Shown one piece after another: positions 61,655-64,000 of a stretch of DNA of 64,000 nucleotides. The notes beneath the pieces are model-generated. The model worked only from the letters and a program-made list of their open reading frames with translations. It searched no databases and had not been told where the DNA came from. Source of the DNA: Mytilus californianus (taxonomy: Eukaryota); assembly GCF_021869535.1 (NCBI RefSeq), contig NW_026262581.1, forward strand, positions 35,402,001 through 35,466,000. The letters run 5' to 3'. The translations under genes were made by a program, and so were the position numbers. Position 1 is the stretch's first letter, and each line of letters opens with the position of its first letter.

Positions 61655-63020
61655 ATTACTGTTTTTTATTTGAACTGAAATAAACATCAAAATTAACATA
61701 AAATCTTAAAGCGTTCTCATCCCTCTCGGAACTTGTCAAGTTGTCCGTGTCGTTGCGTTACAAAAGCTGAATCGCAGTTGTTTCCGGTTTCACGTATAGA
61801 GGTTATACGCACGATTTGCTTCTCAATCGTCCGAAATTTGACGTTTAACGCCGAAAACTATAATTTTAAAAGATATTATGCGTATAGTTTGTTACGTATG
61901 ACGTGCAAAATGTTACTTTTTGAAATTATTTTGTCGGTATGTGATCTATTTGTAAAAGTGAGATCAATTTTATATATTTTTATAAACGGTACAAGTAGAC
62001 ACAGATCAGTGTGGATAGTATGTTTGAATGTTTGAGAGTTTTTTCTGACAAAAAGAGTTCTCTGTATTTCCCATAGGGTTCTTTGCTTAACTGTGTAGCA
62101 CTGTGACAGCCAACCTGTACCAAAAACTTTGATTTTGGATAGTAGCAAAAACTCAAAATTAGGACAGTTACACATTAGATGCATTTCTGCATGATGTGAT
62201 TTTAATATGCGAGATGGTATCTGAGAACCTGCATTCATGTACTATTTGTATGGTTCTATTTATGTTCCTTTGTTGTGGTCATTTCTTGCTTGGGTAACGG
62301 TTTGTCCACAAAAACTGTAAATTAGTTAAGGATCTTCCCAGTATCATTAGTAAACATGGTAAAAGATTTCGTTTAAATGTCGAAATTGTTTCTTAGAAGA
62401 TAACTTATGGTTTTAAGTAATGACAATACCTGGCATGACGCTTAGGGCTAAATGAGCTAGAAAGTACACTTCTGTGTTATTTTAGTTCTTTCTTCGAAAA
62501 TGTCTTCTCCAAGGCGAAGTCGAAGTTAAAAAAAAATAATTTGACCAGTTTGAAAATGATGTCAATTAAAGAACCTTTATGACATGCTTCAAAGACTCAT
62601 AATTCCTACAAAAGTCAACTAATTAAACTTCTTGTGGATACGAGCATCTACATAATATGTTCTAATTATCTTCAAAGTTTCCTGAAATTCTGTTGTATGG
62701 TTTCAGAGGAGTTGAGATGAAAAGAACAGAACTGATGGACAAACGGACTGACTGGTCAATAACATTATACTTATTTACTTTGTTGTGTTGGGTACTATAA
62801 CTTGTTATAAACGGTAATACTTGCTGAGCTTATAGTTATAAAGATTATATAGTTTAACTGTTATGATTTTTCAAAGAGCTTCTTGTGATTGGAATGTGTA
62901 TGATTTCGTGGCATTGACACAATAACGTGTGCAACGTTATGGCATTTTATTATATACTTAGTAGTAAATACGAGTAAATTATATGTGTAATACAATCGAT
63001 TGCAATCATGTGTATCAGCC

Positions 63021-63135
63021 AACCGTGATGATATCTATATCAGTCACGGTTGCAAAGGCTTTATCAAACCCCTAATCTGTATGACGTCACGTAATCAATA
63101 TCAGTCACGGTTACAAGGACTTTATCAAACCCCTT
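63021..63135. repeat. Small hairpin plus two about 61-bp tandem units
   Basis: aaccgtgatgatatctatatcagtcacggtt is quasi-palindromic, and tatcagtcacggtt...ctttatcaaacccct occurs twice. Confidence 0.55.
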
Positions 63136-64000
63136 ATATATGTTTTACGTCATGTCACATGAAAAAAACATTTTATTAATTGTACTTGAGCAGAGCTCTT
63201 TGGATTATATATTGGTGTCTCGGGTTAATACAGGTGTGATGTTGAAAAAGCCATATGATATTCTCTATTTATAACAACATCTTTACGTAAATATAATTAC
63301 CAAGTTTGTACTGGATTGAAATACATGAATGAGGTCTTATATCATCTTAAGCTGCATTCTTGATATATAAAAACTTATTAAAAACGTCTTTGGATTTTCA
63401 GTCGTTGAGTTACTATCTGGATCATTGACGTTTACCACCGTCTCCTTTTATTTATAGGAGAGCATTTCAAGTTTTTTTTTACTTATTTTTATACAGTTGT
63501 ATTAGGGTAAGGGTAAAATATTAATTCACAACAACATTTTGACTTAATATGATTTCTACTTTGAAAACATTGACTGTTTGTCTCGAACTCAAAACTTCAG
63601 ATCTGTAATTCTTGGTCTTTAGAAATTAAAAGAATTTGAACCTGAATGAATAAAACAATCCTTTCAACAGTTTGTTCATATTTTTTTTTATTTCCATTAT
63701 TTGAACAATTTGAAGATATTTAAGCTTTTTATGAAAACCAAAAATTTAGCAAAAACATTCCCGCCCTCTAAAAAAATATAGATACGATGATTGACATAAT
63801 CTTTCGACAAATAACATCTTGGGCCAAAATATTTGGATATCCAAAACCTTATACAAACGTTGAAGAGCTAATAAAACGGAAGAAGGACCCAAAATAATAA
63901 TCGGAACCCAGATGACGAATAAGAGCTGTGCATGAGGGATATTATTTGACATTATGTATGAAAAAATACCAAACATACATGTACATTACTTAATTTTAAG

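Noticed and set aside
61720-61900. CpG-enriched stretch with a TTTCCGG motif as the promoter of a next gene
   Set aside because: It is suggestive only; no downstream coding exon could be identified in the remaining 2 kb.

Overview
AT-rich, intron-containing animal DNA. It is most likely a bivalve mollusc, probably a Mytilus-type mussel; this is inferred from repeat families I recognise and is not verified. Three host genes can be assembled by hand, and every splice phase checks out. (1) The last three exons of a sialate O-acetylesterase (SIAE-like) gene lie at 155-5127 (+). (2) A secreted long-form C-type lectin with EPN and WND motifs lies on the minus strand (exons 26329-26414, 24659-24752, 21815-22032). 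Upstream of it is a 9-kb segmental-duplication array (about 27.5-36.2 kb) holding four copies of a TATA + signal-peptide first exon and two copies of a phase 1-1 exon encoding a 7-Cys beta-defensin-like module. The phases allow either a plain lectin or a beta-defensin-like/lectin fusion protein, which is the most interesting signal here. (3) Four exons of an uncharacterised single-pass membrane protein (CUB-like ectodomain, PPxY tail) lie at 48620-61654 (+). Between the array and gene 3 is a 7.4-kb inverted duplication with arms of about 3.14 kb and a 1.09-kb spacer. Mobile DNA includes two young 5'-truncated Penelope-like RT copies plus fragments, and a young 5'-truncated Tx1/L1-type LINE. 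There are also many decayed type I hammerhead-ribozyme (retrozyme-like) repeats, a chimeric Penelope/retrozyme 143-bp tandem array, Helentron/pearl-like non-autonomous elements and about 90-bp fold-back hairpins. No tRNA, rRNA or CRISPR was seen. Most ORFs in the supplied track are spurious. Gene exon coordinates were counted by hand; repeat boundaries are approximate.
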